Assembly: GCA_045541535.1 (NCBI GenBank)
Contig: JAZQJG010000098.1
Coordinates: 26,981-90,980 of the forward strand
Origin: Eubacteriales bacterium
GTDB lineage: Bacteria > Bacillota > Clostridia > Oscillospirales > QAKW01
Direction of reading: 5' to 3'
Length of the DNA stretch: 64,000 nt
Part shown: one piece after another, positions 48,049-57,460 of the stretch
Layout: each line of letters opens with the position of its first letter
Numbering within the stretch: the first letter of the stretch is position 1
Made by a program: the position numbers and the translations under genes
The notes under the pieces: model-generated
Told to the model about the DNA's origin: nothing
Seen by the model: the letters and a program-made list of their open reading frames with translations, nothing else
Database searches by the model: none

Positions 48049-50075
48049 TTGATCCTCTTGAACATTTTGTCAATTTCTTTATGAGTAAAGGATTGAACCA
48101 CCGGACGACCGTGGGGGCAATAGCCCACGTCCTTCTCTGTCAGCATTCGGGCAATCAACGGCAACAGCTCCTCAACGGAGCAACTACTGCCGCCCTTAAT
48201 AGCAGATCTGCACGCAATGGTTTTGAGCATCTTATCCTGACGGTCCGGAATATTTTTATTACTGCGTACCATTTCAAGCAAATCAACGAATGCGTCGGTA
48301 TAACTACCGTGGGGCAAGATGCCGGGCACGGACGTAACGGAGATCCGATCCATTCCGCTCTCATAAAAGTCAAAGCCGGCAGAATAAAACAGCAAAGAAT
48401 TGGTGAGCACGATCTCCATGTCGTCCGCCGGGAGAACGATAACCAACGGCTCCAATAAGCGTTGTGAAGAAACGTTGTTGTTTTCAGTTACCTGCTCCAG
48501 CAGTTGATTATAAATCATTTTTTCGTGAGCGGCGTGTTTATCAATCAAATATAGTGTATCTTGATATTCCACTACGGCATATACCGTAAAGATTTCGCCC
48601 AATACAACCATACCATCCGGCAACTTGTTCAACGATGACTTGGATGTATAGTGGGTTTCTATCACAGGAGCAGAAACCGTTCTGGGCTCTTCCTTAGCTG
48701 TGCTGGGAGTCGTTTGAGAAACAAAGGGGGCGTCAAAGAGATCTTGCTGATCAAGATGCTCCTGTTCTCCCTCCCGGTCTTCCCGATCTTCCCTATCTTC
48801 CCTATCTTCCCTATCTTCTCTGTTCTCATAATTCTCGTCATCGTCAGGGTCAGGCTCAAGGGGACCGATATAATAACCAAGCACCTCTTCAGGCGTTCGG
48901 GGATTCCTGATCACGGCCGCTCTGGGCTTTTCCTCCTCATCATATGACGCCAAATGGGCAAATGGATAACCGCCAAAATAATCGGTGACTCTGGTACATG
49001 CAGGGGTTGTCTGCTTTTTCCTCCAACTGCCATCAAACAATTCTTCTCGGGTAATCTGGAAGGAAGGATCCGCCAAAGACTGCAACGGGCTGTCCGATTC
49101 CAAAGCATCCAGAACACCGTATTTCGTTAAAACGATGGCCGCGGAATCATCACGGAATTTAACCTCCAATTTGGCGGGATGAACGTTCACATCCACCTCT
49201 TTTGGCTCCATGGTATAGCACAAAAAGCATACCGGATGCTTGCCCGTCTCGCGAGTGGTACTGTACGCCTGATCAATACCCTGATATAAAATCTTGGATT
49301 TAACAAATCTGCCGTTGACGTAAGTAAACTGCATATTGCGGTTGGAACGCATCACGTTGGGTTTGCAGGTGTAGCCGGTAATCAAATAATCTTTATGAAC
49401 AAAATCAACCTTCATCAGGTAATCCGAAATGGTAGCGCCGTAAATCGCGTGAATAGCGTTTTTCATATCATCACTGCGTGCCGTGCGGAAAACAACCTTT
49501 TGATCAGAAATGAGCGTAAAAGAAACGTCATATCGGCCAATAGCGATACGTTCCAGCATCGTGGCAACCGCTGCTGCCTCAGTGGAATCTTTTTTCATAA
49601 AATGAAGTCTGGCCGGCGTGTTGTAGAACAAATCACGTACGATAATAGAGGTGCCGACCGGCGCACCGATCTCATCCTCTTGTACGATATCGCCGCCCTC
49701 CAGTTCTAAATAAAAAGCCGTAGCGGCGGAATCAGTACTGGTAATCAGTTCCACTTTAGATACAGAACAAATGGCGGCCAGCGCCTCACCACGAAAACCG
49801 TAGGTACCGATATTGTTCAAATCGTCAACCTCAGAAATTTTACTGGTGGCGTGGCGAAGGAACGCAGTTTTGGCATCCTCGGGGCGCATACCGTAACCAT
49901 CATCGGTGACACGAATGAAGGTGATACCGCCACGCTTGATTTCCACCGAAATATTTTGAGCACCGGCGTCCAAAGAATTCTCCACCAGTTCTTTCACAAC
50001 AGAGGCGGGACGTTCCACAACCTCACCTGCGGCAATTTTATCCGCTAAAGAAGGTGGTAATACTTTTACTTTCAT
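48045..50075 (-). CDS. mutL: DNA mismatch repair protein MutL
   Basis: GHKL ATPase N-terminus (IAAGEVVERPASVVKELVENSLDAGA), a C-terminal dimerisation/endonuclease region, and a low-complexity linker. Confidence 0.97.
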   Translation of the reverse strand: MKVKVLPPSLADKIAAGEVVERPASVVKELVENSLDAGAQNISVEIKRGGITFIRVTDDGYGMRPEDAKTAFLRHATSKISEVDDLNNIGTYGFRGEALAAICSVSKVELITSTDSAATAFYLELEGGDIVQEDEIGAPVGTSIIVRDLFYNTPARLHFMKKDSTEAAAVATMLERIAIGRYDVSFTLISDQKVVFRTARSDDMKNAIHAIYGATISDYLMKVDFVHKDYLITGYTCKPNVMRSNRNMQFTYVNGRFVKSKILYQGIDQAYSTTRETGKHPVCFLCYTMEPKEVDVNVHPAKLEVKFRDDSAAIVLTKYGVLDALESDSPLQSLADPSFQITREELFDGSWRKKQTTPACTRVTDYFGGYPFAHLASYDEEEKPRAAVIRNPRTPEEVLGYYIGPLEPDPDDDENYENREDREDREDREDREDREGEQEHLDQQDLFDAPFVSQTTPSTAKEEPRTVSAPVIETHYTSKSSLNKLPDGMVVLGEIFTVYAVVEYQDTLYLIDKHAAHEKMIYNQLLEQVTENNNVSSQRLLEPLVIVLPADDMEIVLTNSLLFYSAGFDFYESGMDRISVTSVPGILPHGSYTDAFVDLLEMVRSNKNIPDRQDKMLKTIACRSAIKGGSSCSVEELLPLIARMLTEKDVGYCPHGRPVVQSFTHKEIDKMFKRIK
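48776..48826. repeat. 9-bp tandem repeat (TATCTTCCC x ~5) encoding (EDR)n in the MutL linker
   Basis: Units read directly: GGTCTTCCC GATCTTCCC TATCTTCCC TATCTTCCC TATCTTCTC. The protein reads REDREDREDREDREDREGEQE. Confidence 0.9.
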
Positions 50076-50125
50076 AGCGTGCTCTTCCTTTCCAAGGCGT
50101 ACAAAATTGCTTATTCCATATACGC

Positions 50126-52729
50126 CTAATTCTCTTGTTTTGCTTTGTTAGACAGTTCATACAATTTGGAAATTGCTTCAATGGGAGTCAGAGTACTGAC
50201 GTCCAGCATTTTCAACTCATCGCAAATTTGTTGAGCTGAGAAGTCCATTAACGACACCTGCTCTTGCGGCTCGGGTATCTTGTTCGCCTTTTCGGGCATA
50301 GGATGCTCCAAAGAAAGGGTTTCCAAAATTTCTCTGGCTCTGTTTACGACAGGTTTCGGTATGCCGGCGAGGGCCGCAACCTCAAGACCGTAGCTGTTGT
50401 CTGCGCCGCCCGGAACGATCTTTTTTAAGAAAATCACTTGCTCCCCACGTTTTTTGACGGTTACGTTAAAATTCACGATACCATCCAAAGTATTTTCAAG
50501 GGCACAAAGTTCGTGATAATGAGTAGCAAACATCGCTTTTGCCCGCAAATTCTTCTTTTGGGACAAATATTCCACAACGGATTGGGCAATGCTCATACCG
50601 TCCAGCGTGGACGTGCCTCTGCCGATTTCATCCAAAATCAACAAGCTCTTGGGAGTGGCATTATTCAAGATATACGCCACCTCCTTCATTTCCACCATAA
50701 AGGTGGATTCACCGGAGGAAAGATCGTCCGAGGCCCCGACTCTGGTAAAAATCTTATCTACGATGCCGATTCTGGCACTTTTAGCAGGCACAAAACAACC
50801 GATTTGTGCCATAACCGTAATGATCGCAACCTGACGCATATATGTGGATTTACCGCCCATATTGGGGCCGGTAATAATCATAATGCGACGGTCGGAGGCG
50901 TTTAGGTTAATATCGTTGGGTACGAACAGACTGTCCTTAAGATTACACTCCACAACAGGATGGCGTCCCTCTACAATCTGCAACTCATCCCCTTCCGTAA
51001 GATCGGGTTTGACGTAGTTTTGCTCAGTTGCGATTTGAGAAAAAGAACAAAAAACGTCAAGTTCAGCCAAGGCAGACGCTGTGGTGCGGATACGATAATA
51101 ACTTGCGGCGATTTTATCCAGCAACTCATCAAAAAGTTGCTGTTCTAAAACCACCTTTTTATCCTTGGCAGAGAGGATTCGGTACTCCAGATCCTTCAGT
51201 TCAGGAGTGATCATACGTTCCTTATCCGTCAGCGTTTGCTTGCGGATATAATCCTCGGGAATTTTATCAAAATAGGCACGGGTAACTTCAATGTAATAGC
51301 CAAAAACACGATTATAACTGATTTTCAGATTCTTAATGCCGGTGCGCTCACGCTCTTTTTCCTGCATCTGTTCAATAACCGTTTTGTTATCTTCCAACAG
51401 TAGCGTATATTCATCCAGCGTTTCATTATAACCGGGTTTGATATAGCCGCCGTCACGCATTACCGTGGAAGCCTCTTCGCGAATAGAGCGCTCGATCAAC
51501 TCATAAAGATCCTGAAGTTCATCAATGTTGCTGTAAATCATCTTCAGCTTTTGTGCCGAAAAAACGGAGATGGCGTTGCGAATGTGCGGCAACGTTTCAA
51601 AGGTTTGTTTTAGCGCCAGCAAATCTCTGGGATTGGCCCGACGATACATTACGCGAGTGATCAAACGCTCAAGATCATAGATCTTGTACAACTGATCTCT
51701 GATCTGTGAACGCAGAATCGGCTCAAGATTTAAGTTTTCAACCGCATCCAAGCGACGGTTGATTTCAACCACAGACAGTAAAGGCCGCTCTAAAAAGCTG
51801 ATCAGCATACGCTTACCCATTGCCGACTTGGTTTTATTAAGCACAGAGAACAAAGAGCCCTTGTGATCGCCGGTACGCATTCCTTCCACCAACTCCAGAT
51901 TACGTCTGGCCGTAATGTCAAGCTGCATATATTGAGTGTTGGAATAAACGTCAATATGATCCAGGTATTCTATGTTACACTTCTGAGTCTGCTTGATATA
52001 AAACAGCAAATAGTACAAGCAGTATAATTGATCAAAGCGCTCCTCCAGTCCGATCTGTTGCACAGACTGTATGGAAAAATGCTTACAGATGGAATCCGCC
52101 ATGTCTTCCGGCTTGATTTCATCCATTGTAGTGATCAAAGCCCCGATTTTGACAGAAATATACTCCTTCAGTTTAGGGTATCGCACCAGCAGATCGCCGG
52201 AGGCCAAAACCTCGCTGGGCATAAATTTACACAGTTCATTACAGGACAGATTTTCAAAGTCGGTATCAAAGAAGGTCATTTGAATTTCACCGGTTGAAAT
52301 ATCGGCAAAACAAACGCTGCCCTTTCCTTCCTGCTCAACAATACAGGCAAGGAAATTATTTTTGTCCTCCGGAAGCATTCCGCCATCGGAAACGGTGCCG
52401 GGGGTGATCACACGAACCACCTCGCGTTCCACCAGTCCTTTAGAAGTGGCAGGATCGGTCACCTGTTCACAGATGGCAACCTTATAACCCTTTTGCACCA
52501 ATTTTGCAATATATGTATCGCAACTGTGGTAAGGGACGCCGCACATAGGTGCGCGGGTCTCTTGACCACAACTTTTACCTGTCAGGGTCAGATCCAGTTC
52601 CTTGGAAACCGTGTGGGCGTCATCATAAAACATTTCGTAAAAGTCACCCACGCGAAAAAGTAAAATATAATCGCCGTATTCTTCCTTGATGCTGAAGAAT
52701 TGCTGCATTAATGGCGACAATTTAGCCAT
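50126..52729 (-). CDS. mutS: DNA mismatch repair protein MutS
   Basis: N-terminal mismatch-binding domain (GDFYEMF), Walker A TGPNMGGKSTYMRQ, 867 aa. Confidence 0.98.
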   Translation of the reverse strand: MAKLSPLMQQFFSIKEEYGDYILLFRVGDFYEMFYDDAHTVSKELDLTLTGKSCGQETRAPMCGVPYHSCDTYIAKLVQKGYKVAICEQVTDPATSKGLVEREVVRVITPGTVSDGGMLPEDKNNFLACIVEQEGKGSVCFADISTGEIQMTFFDTDFENLSCNELCKFMPSEVLASGDLLVRYPKLKEYISVKIGALITTMDEIKPEDMADSICKHFSIQSVQQIGLEERFDQLYCLYYLLFYIKQTQKCNIEYLDHIDVYSNTQYMQLDITARRNLELVEGMRTGDHKGSLFSVLNKTKSAMGKRMLISFLERPLLSVVEINRRLDAVENLNLEPILRSQIRDQLYKIYDLERLITRVMYRRANPRDLLALKQTFETLPHIRNAISVFSAQKLKMIYSNIDELQDLYELIERSIREEASTVMRDGGYIKPGYNETLDEYTLLLEDNKTVIEQMQEKERERTGIKNLKISYNRVFGYYIEVTRAYFDKIPEDYIRKQTLTDKERMITPELKDLEYRILSAKDKKVVLEQQLFDELLDKIAASYYRIRTTASALAELDVFCSFSQIATEQNYVKPDLTEGDELQIVEGRHPVVECNLKDSLFVPNDINLNASDRRIMIITGPNMGGKSTYMRQVAIITVMAQIGCFVPAKSARIGIVDKIFTRVGASDDLSSGESTFMVEMKEVAYILNNATPKSLLILDEIGRGTSTLDGMSIAQSVVEYLSQKKNLRAKAMFATHYHELCALENTLDGIVNFNVTVKKRGEQVIFLKKIVPGGADNSYGLEVAALAGIPKPVVNRAREILETLSLEHPMPEKANKIPEPQEQVSLMDFSAQQICDELKMLDVSTLTPIEAISKLYELSNKAKQEN

Positions 52730-52761
52730 TGTTTTTCTCCGTTTCTTTGTAAATCTCCGGT

Positions 52762-53148
52762 TTAGTGACAGCCACTGCAGGTGGCACAGTTATGCGTACA
52801 ACCGGGTTGCTCACCGGTAACGCTCTGCTGTAAGATGCCGTTCACCTGATTCAGCAAGCCTTCCAATGCAATTTCCGCATCATTGAGTTGTTGCATAACG
52901 GGATGTTCCATTACCTTTTCATAGGCCTCAGTAGTCTGAAGACGAAGCTGCTCCGTTTTCTCGGCATCCGGCTTATCTTTGTTGGACTCGTTCATCAAAG
53001 CCAGTTTTGCCATATTAAAGGCGCCGATCAGATCCTGCAACTGAGCATCCGTATCAAAGGCTTTTTTAGCGGCGCGCTGGTTTTGAACAATTTCACTTTG
53101 CTCCAGAAGAGCGCCCAATTCTTTTGCTTTTTCAATAATCTTTTCCAT
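52762..53148 (-). CDS. YlbF/YmcA (RicF/RicA) family protein with a C-terminal Cys cluster
   Basis: Helical Com_YlbF-like sequence (IEKAKELGALLEQSEIVQNQRAAKKAFDTDAQLQDLI). It occupies the ymcA position between miaB and mutS, as in B. subtilis, and ends in CTHNCATCSGCH. Confidence 0.8.
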   Translation of the reverse strand: MEKIIEKAKELGALLEQSEIVQNQRAAKKAFDTDAQLQDLIGAFNMAKLALMNESNKDKPDAEKTEQLRLQTTEAYEKVMEHPVMQQLNDAEIALEGLLNQVNGILQQSVTGEQPGCTHNCATCSGCH

Positions 53149-53153
53149 GATAT

Positions 53154-54551
53154 TTATCCTTTCAATTCTCCTTGCAAAAACCAGGTTTTTGCTTTGGTTA
53201 TTTTTACTTCTACAATTTTACCGATACATTCAGAATCCGCCTTAAAATCAACCTTTTTACCGCTTTGCGTATGACCACTGATCATAGATGTGTCCGTCTT
53301 ACTCACAGTTTCGGCAAATACCTTCACGACCTTATCCTGATATTCCATATTTTTCTTCTTGCAAATCGGCGTTTGTACGTCAAGCAACCGTTGAAAACGG
53401 CGTTGCTGAACTTCCGGTGGGATTTGATCAGGCATTTCAGCGGCGGGCGTTCCCTGCCGTTTGGAATAAATAAAGGTAAACAAATTGTCATACTCTACTT
53501 GTTGAATCAAAGAGATAGTCTCCTCAAACTGCTCTTCCGTTTCACCGGGAAAGCCAACAATGATATCGCTGGTAATTGCAAGATCGGGAATCTGCTCCTT
53601 TGCATATGCAATCAGGGACAGATAATCCTCACGACTGTATTTGCGATTCATTCGGCGCAACACTTCGCTGCTGCCGGACTGAACGGGAAGCTGGAGATGA
53701 TTGCACACTTTTTCACAGTCACGCATGGCGTCAATCAACTTATGAGTACAGTCCTTGGGGTGGCTGGTAACAAAGCGGATCCAGAACTCACCGGGAAGCG
53801 CATTGATCTTACGAAGCAGATCTGCAAAATCAATTTCTTCTTCCAGATCCTTGCCGTAGGAATTGACGTTCTGACCAAGTAGCGTAATATCTTTATAGCC
53901 GTCGGCAATCAAAGAACGAATTTCATCCAGAATATCGGCGCTGTTACGGCTGCGTTCACGACCTCTGACGTGGGGCACGATGCAGTAGGTGCAAAAATTA
54001 TTACAACCGTACATTACCGTGACCCAAGCCTTTCCCTGTTCCTCACGCAAAACCGGCAGACCTTCCACAACATCCAGAATTTCGTGACGGTCAAAAATCT
54101 TGACGCGATTTACCAGAACATTATATAACATTTGCGGAAACTGCACGTGCAGGCTGGGTCCAAACACCATATCCACGTGTTTGAACTTCTCTTTTATATA
54201 AGTTTGTACCTGTTGCTGTTGCATCATACATCCGCATAATGCGATAACAAGATCGGGTTTCTTTTCTTTAATTCGCTTCAAAGCACCAACGTTGCCGTAA
54301 ATCTTCAGTTCTGCATGTTCACGAACGGCACAGGTATTCAACAAAATAAGATCCGCTTGCTCTGTTTTGTCAGTAAAACCGTACCCCATATCACGCAAAA
54401 AGCCCTTGATTTTCTCACTGTCGCTGACGTTTTGCTGACAACCGTAAGTCATCACGCAGGCAAGAGGTTGCCTGCCGGTTACGGAAAAATACTGTGCCAC
54501 TTTTGTAACGTATTCACTTTGATCATATAAATTTGTTTTGCTCATTTTCAT
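53154..54551 (-). CDS. miaB: tRNA-2-methylthio-N6-dimethylallyladenosine synthase
   Basis: UPF0004 N-terminal Cys motifs (TYGCQQN), radical SAM CNNFCTYCIVP, C-terminal TRAM domain. Confidence 0.96.
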   Translation of the reverse strand: MKMSKTNLYDQSEYVTKVAQYFSVTGRQPLACVMTYGCQQNVSDSEKIKGFLRDMGYGFTDKTEQADLILLNTCAVREHAELKIYGNVGALKRIKEKKPDLVIALCGCMMQQQQVQTYIKEKFKHVDMVFGPSLHVQFPQMLYNVLVNRVKIFDRHEILDVVEGLPVLREEQGKAWVTVMYGCNNFCTYCIVPHVRGRERSRNSADILDEIRSLIADGYKDITLLGQNVNSYGKDLEEEIDFADLLRKINALPGEFWIRFVTSHPKDCTHKLIDAMRDCEKVCNHLQLPVQSGSSEVLRRMNRKYSREDYLSLIAYAKEQIPDLAITSDIIVGFPGETEEQFEETISLIQQVEYDNLFTFIYSKRQGTPAAEMPDQIPPEVQQRRFQRLLDVQTPICKKKNMEYQDKVVKVFAETVSKTDTSMISGHTQSGKKVDFKADSECIGKIVEVKITKAKTWFLQGELKG

Positions 54552-54637
54552 TAGTCCTAAATCAAATTATAATTAGTATCATTATAAACCAATTTTATCT
54601 TTTTGTCTATATATAGTATTAAAATATTTATAGATTA

Positions 54638-54672
54638 CTAAAAGTAAAAGCGGCAACCGTAAAGTTGCCGCT
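54638..54672 (-). terminator. Rho-independent terminator after the SPOCS/LysM gene
   Basis: AGCGGCAAC-loop-GTTGCCGCT followed by TTTACTTTT on the minus strand. Confidence 0.8.
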
Positions 54673-54677
54673 CTATT

Positions 54678-56189
54678 TCAGCGTTTTGTAACAAATAATA
54701 AACAAGAATCTTTAATTTCTTCACACTCAAGGTGATTGTTTTCCATCAAAGTTCTGATTGGAACGCGATATTTTTTCCCGATCTCCCATAAGTCTTCTCC
54801 CGCATCGGCGTAATACAATACCAAGGGCGAGGACATCTGATGCTCAACAGGACGTTCCGTCAATGCAAGAGCGGCTATCGCTTCGCTTTTACTCACAAGA
54901 AAAACGTTTAAATGTAGCTTACATTCGCAGCTGATTTCCATTTCCGATTCACCGGTAATAAGATACCCGATCTCATCAATAGAAATTTGTGCCTCACATT
55001 TCATTCTGGCGAAGAAATCTTCCGATTTTCTTGTGGTCTGGAACGGCAAAGTGAAAGCAGTACGCATCACCTCATTATCCAAAAGGCTCATCACCGTTAT
55101 CAGAACCTTTCCTTCAATCACCATCAATCCATCCTGGACGGTGATTTTATCTACCTCACCCTCTGCATCGCTATAAAGAACGTCAATGCCGTTAGCATTC
55201 ATCGGCACGTTCTGAGAGCATCTGATTGGAACGTCAACGGATAACACCTTAGAATAATAGGGCACCTGTTTCATATCACATTGTAATTCATACTCCGGAT
55301 GATACGCATCTGCCGTAAGCGCAAGCTTTTCGGGGTAGAACAAATTAATTTGAGCCAATGCCGTCGTGTGAATAATCAGCAATTGCCGACCGTCTTCTTC
55401 GCCAATTTGCGTGTCACATTCCAATACCTCCGTACCGGCGATGACAACACAGCCTTCCTTTGCCTTTTCCACCTCAAAAACTTGACTAAACATCGTTTCC
55501 GTTTCAACACATTCGGCAAACCGATCTTCCTTTGAAACCAATATGATACGGCTTTTACAGCTTCCTTTCAGAAGAACTTTACCGTCCATGCTTCTTCTTT
55601 CTTTAATCTGAAGCACCGAACATGCCTTGTGGACCTCAACGTCTTTTCGGTGCTTAAGTTGAATCTCACCGGTCACTTTAAATTCGCATTCCTTTTCCGC
55701 AACGGGAATCATTGCATCTACGTACATTTGACGCAGTTGAACGCTCTCGTCCTCAACACCCGTCACAACTGTTTGGGCCTGTTGCTCCGTGAGTTGCACC
55801 GCTATACATACCGTCGCCCTACAGACAGCCTTTTGAGCACTCTGCAACTTACACACAACGTTTTTCGTTTTGATTTTATATCGGAGCATTCCGCCGCTTT
55901 TTCCCAAAGAAAAATGCTCTGTAAAATTCTTTTCACAATTCAGCGTATGGATCATCATATCTTCTTCAGAGAGGTACATAATTTTCCAGATACACAAACC
56001 GTCCAGTGTAATCTTATCCTCACTGACCGATTTATCCAAAATCACTGTTCTTGCTTCGCACTGAATGATTTTTTGCGCAGAGCTCAAATAATCCGGTATC
56101 ACCAGATCCTGCTCCAGTTTATCTTCTATGTAATTCTCATATAGAGTTTCCGGGGTAAATACTTCACTGTATTTTAATTGCAATTCCAT
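54678..56189 (-). CDS. DUF3794 (SPOCS) repeat protein with a C-terminal LysM domain, SpoVID/SipL-like
   Basis: N-terminal DUF3794-type pattern (VIPDYLSSAQKIIQCEARTVILDKSV..DKITLDGLCIWKIMY), repeated beta-rich modules, and a C-terminal LysM-like YYADAGEDLWEIGKKYRVPIRTLMENN. Confidence 0.7.
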   Translation of the reverse strand: MELQLKYSEVFTPETLYENYIEDKLEQDLVIPDYLSSAQKIIQCEARTVILDKSVSEDKITLDGLCIWKIMYLSEEDMMIHTLNCEKNFTEHFSLGKSGGMLRYKIKTKNVVCKLQSAQKAVCRATVCIAVQLTEQQAQTVVTGVEDESVQLRQMYVDAMIPVAEKECEFKVTGEIQLKHRKDVEVHKACSVLQIKERRSMDGKVLLKGSCKSRIILVSKEDRFAECVETETMFSQVFEVEKAKEGCVVIAGTEVLECDTQIGEEDGRQLLIIHTTALAQINLFYPEKLALTADAYHPEYELQCDMKQVPYYSKVLSVDVPIRCSQNVPMNANGIDVLYSDAEGEVDKITVQDGLMVIEGKVLITVMSLLDNEVMRTAFTLPFQTTRKSEDFFARMKCEAQISIDEIGYLITGESEMEISCECKLHLNVFLVSKSEAIAALALTERPVEHQMSSPLVLYYADAGEDLWEIGKKYRVPIRTLMENNHLECEEIKDSCLLFVTKR

Positions 56190-56212
56190 AGATTCATACT
56201 CCTTTCAATCCT

Positions 56213-56241
56213 ATCTTATGAAAGAAGCCGTCAAGATATGT
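56213..56241 (-). promoter_or_regulatory. Possible mother-cell (sigma-E/K-type) sporulation promoter for the SPOCS/LysM gene
   Basis: On the minus strand: ATATCT, 13 nt, then CATAAGAT (CATA-N3-TA type -10), about 25 nt upstream of the RBS GAAAGGAG. The spacing to an AC -35 does not fit sigma-K well. Confidence 0.3.
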
Positions 56242-56325
56242 TAGCTATATTTTAAAAATCTTCTTTAGAATTCCCGATACAAATTTTGACGGTTGATACA
56301 CGACGACCTTCATCCCACTCACCCC

Positions 56326-56481
56326 CTATTTTAATAGCATCAAACACAAAAAGACAAGAATAGCCGTCAAAAGTACAATAATCAAAATATCCGGGAGAAA
56401 CACTGCCGTCAGAATGCCGACCGCAAACGCCAAACTTAGCAAAACAGGCAAAGGAGAACGATGCACTCCCCTTCTTTTCAT
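56326..56481 (-). CDS. Small (51 aa) two-segment hydrophobic protein
   Basis: MKRRGVHRSPLPVLLSLAFAVGILTAVFLPDILIIVLLTAILVFLCLMLLK. An AGGGTGG RBS lies 9 nt upstream of this ATG. No family recognised. Confidence 0.45.
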   Translation of the reverse strand: MKRRGVHRSPLPVLLSLAFAVGILTAVFLPDILIIVLLTAILVFLCLMLLK

Positions 56482-56546
56482 TTTGACGCACCACCCTTTC
56501 TGTTTCAATATATGGTAAAAAAGTAAAATGGTGCAAACCGACAGGT

Positions 56547-57449
56547 TTACACCATTTTTTTAGTATAAGTATTTTTGTCGCGTTCTTTCAGCGCCTCAAA
56601 CATCAACGTGTAACTATTATAACGGCTTTGCAAAATTTCACCGCTTTTAACCTTATCCCGAAGGATGCATCCGCGCTCCCCCGTGTGAGTACAATCAGCA
56701 AATCGGCACTGTGAAATCCAAGGGCGAAACTCTTCAAAAAAGCTTGCCAGATTATCGGCGTTAAGTTCACTTTCAAGTGCGATATCCACGTTACCAAAGC
56801 CGGGAGAATCGGCCAAAAGCCCACCGTCGGGCCGACGATAAAATGTTACCTCTCTGGTGGTATGGCGACCACGTCCCAGTTTTTCGGAAATCTCACTCAC
56901 CTTTGCTTCAACGCCAAGCCCTAAAGTGTTGAGAATACTTGATTTTCCCACACCGGTATTACCGGTGAATACTGCAATTTTGCCCTTGGTAATTTCCAAT
57001 ATTTCATCAGCCTTTGTCATATCGGTGGCGGTACAAGCAATCACCGGATAACCCAAAGCACGGTATTGCTCCAATATTGCTTGGGCCGAGCGATCATCGT
57101 CCAAATCCAATTTGTTAAGGATGAGGACAATCTCCACTCCCTTAAGTTTTGCAAGTACCGTCATCTTATCAATCAAAAAAGGATCCGGCGCCGGTAGTCT
57201 GGAAGAAATGATATAGCATATCATATCAATATTGGCAACATTCGGACGTATAAACGAATTACGGCGCGGCAAAATCGTTTCGATGATCCCTTCATCTTTC
57301 CCAAGCGCCTCAAACTCTACACGGTCACCGGCAGACAAAGTAATCTTATTTTTACGGAAAATACCGCGAGCGCGGCAATGATACACGTCGCCGCACTCGC
57401 ACAGCACTTGATATAATCCGGATAAATTTTGTACAATAATTCCTTGCAT
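56547..57449 (-). CDS. rsgA: Ribosome small-subunit-dependent GTPase A (CpgA)
   Basis: Circularly permuted GTPase: NKLDL (G4) before GNTGVGKSS (G1), with a C-terminal zinc knuckle CRFADCTHTGERGC. Confidence 0.95.
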   Translation of the reverse strand: MQGIIVQNLSGLYQVLCECGDVYHCRARGIFRKNKITLSAGDRVEFEALGKDEGIIETILPRRNSFIRPNVANIDMICYIISSRLPAPDPFLIDKMTVLAKLKGVEIVLILNKLDLDDDRSAQAILEQYRALGYPVIACTATDMTKADEILEITKGKIAVFTGNTGVGKSSILNTLGLGVEAKVSEISEKLGRGRHTTREVTFYRRPDGGLLADSPGFGNVDIALESELNADNLASFFEEFRPWISQCRFADCTHTGERGCILRDKVKSGEILQSRYNSYTLMFEALKERDKNTYTKKMV

Positions 57450-57460
57450 ATATCCTGCCT

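Noticed and set aside
48776-48826. Short regular repeats here and at 57670-57775, considered as a possible CRISPR or other array.
   Set aside because: The units are 9 and 39 bp, contiguous without spacers, in frame and inside mutL and prkC coding sequence. There are no cas genes in the window.
56252-56536. 94-aa minus-strand ORF overlapping the 51/60-aa hydrophobic ORF in another frame.
   Set aside because: No RBS and no recognisable fold or hydrophobic pattern. The alternative frame gives a cleaner small membrane protein with an AGGGTGG RBS. Even that call is only moderate confidence.
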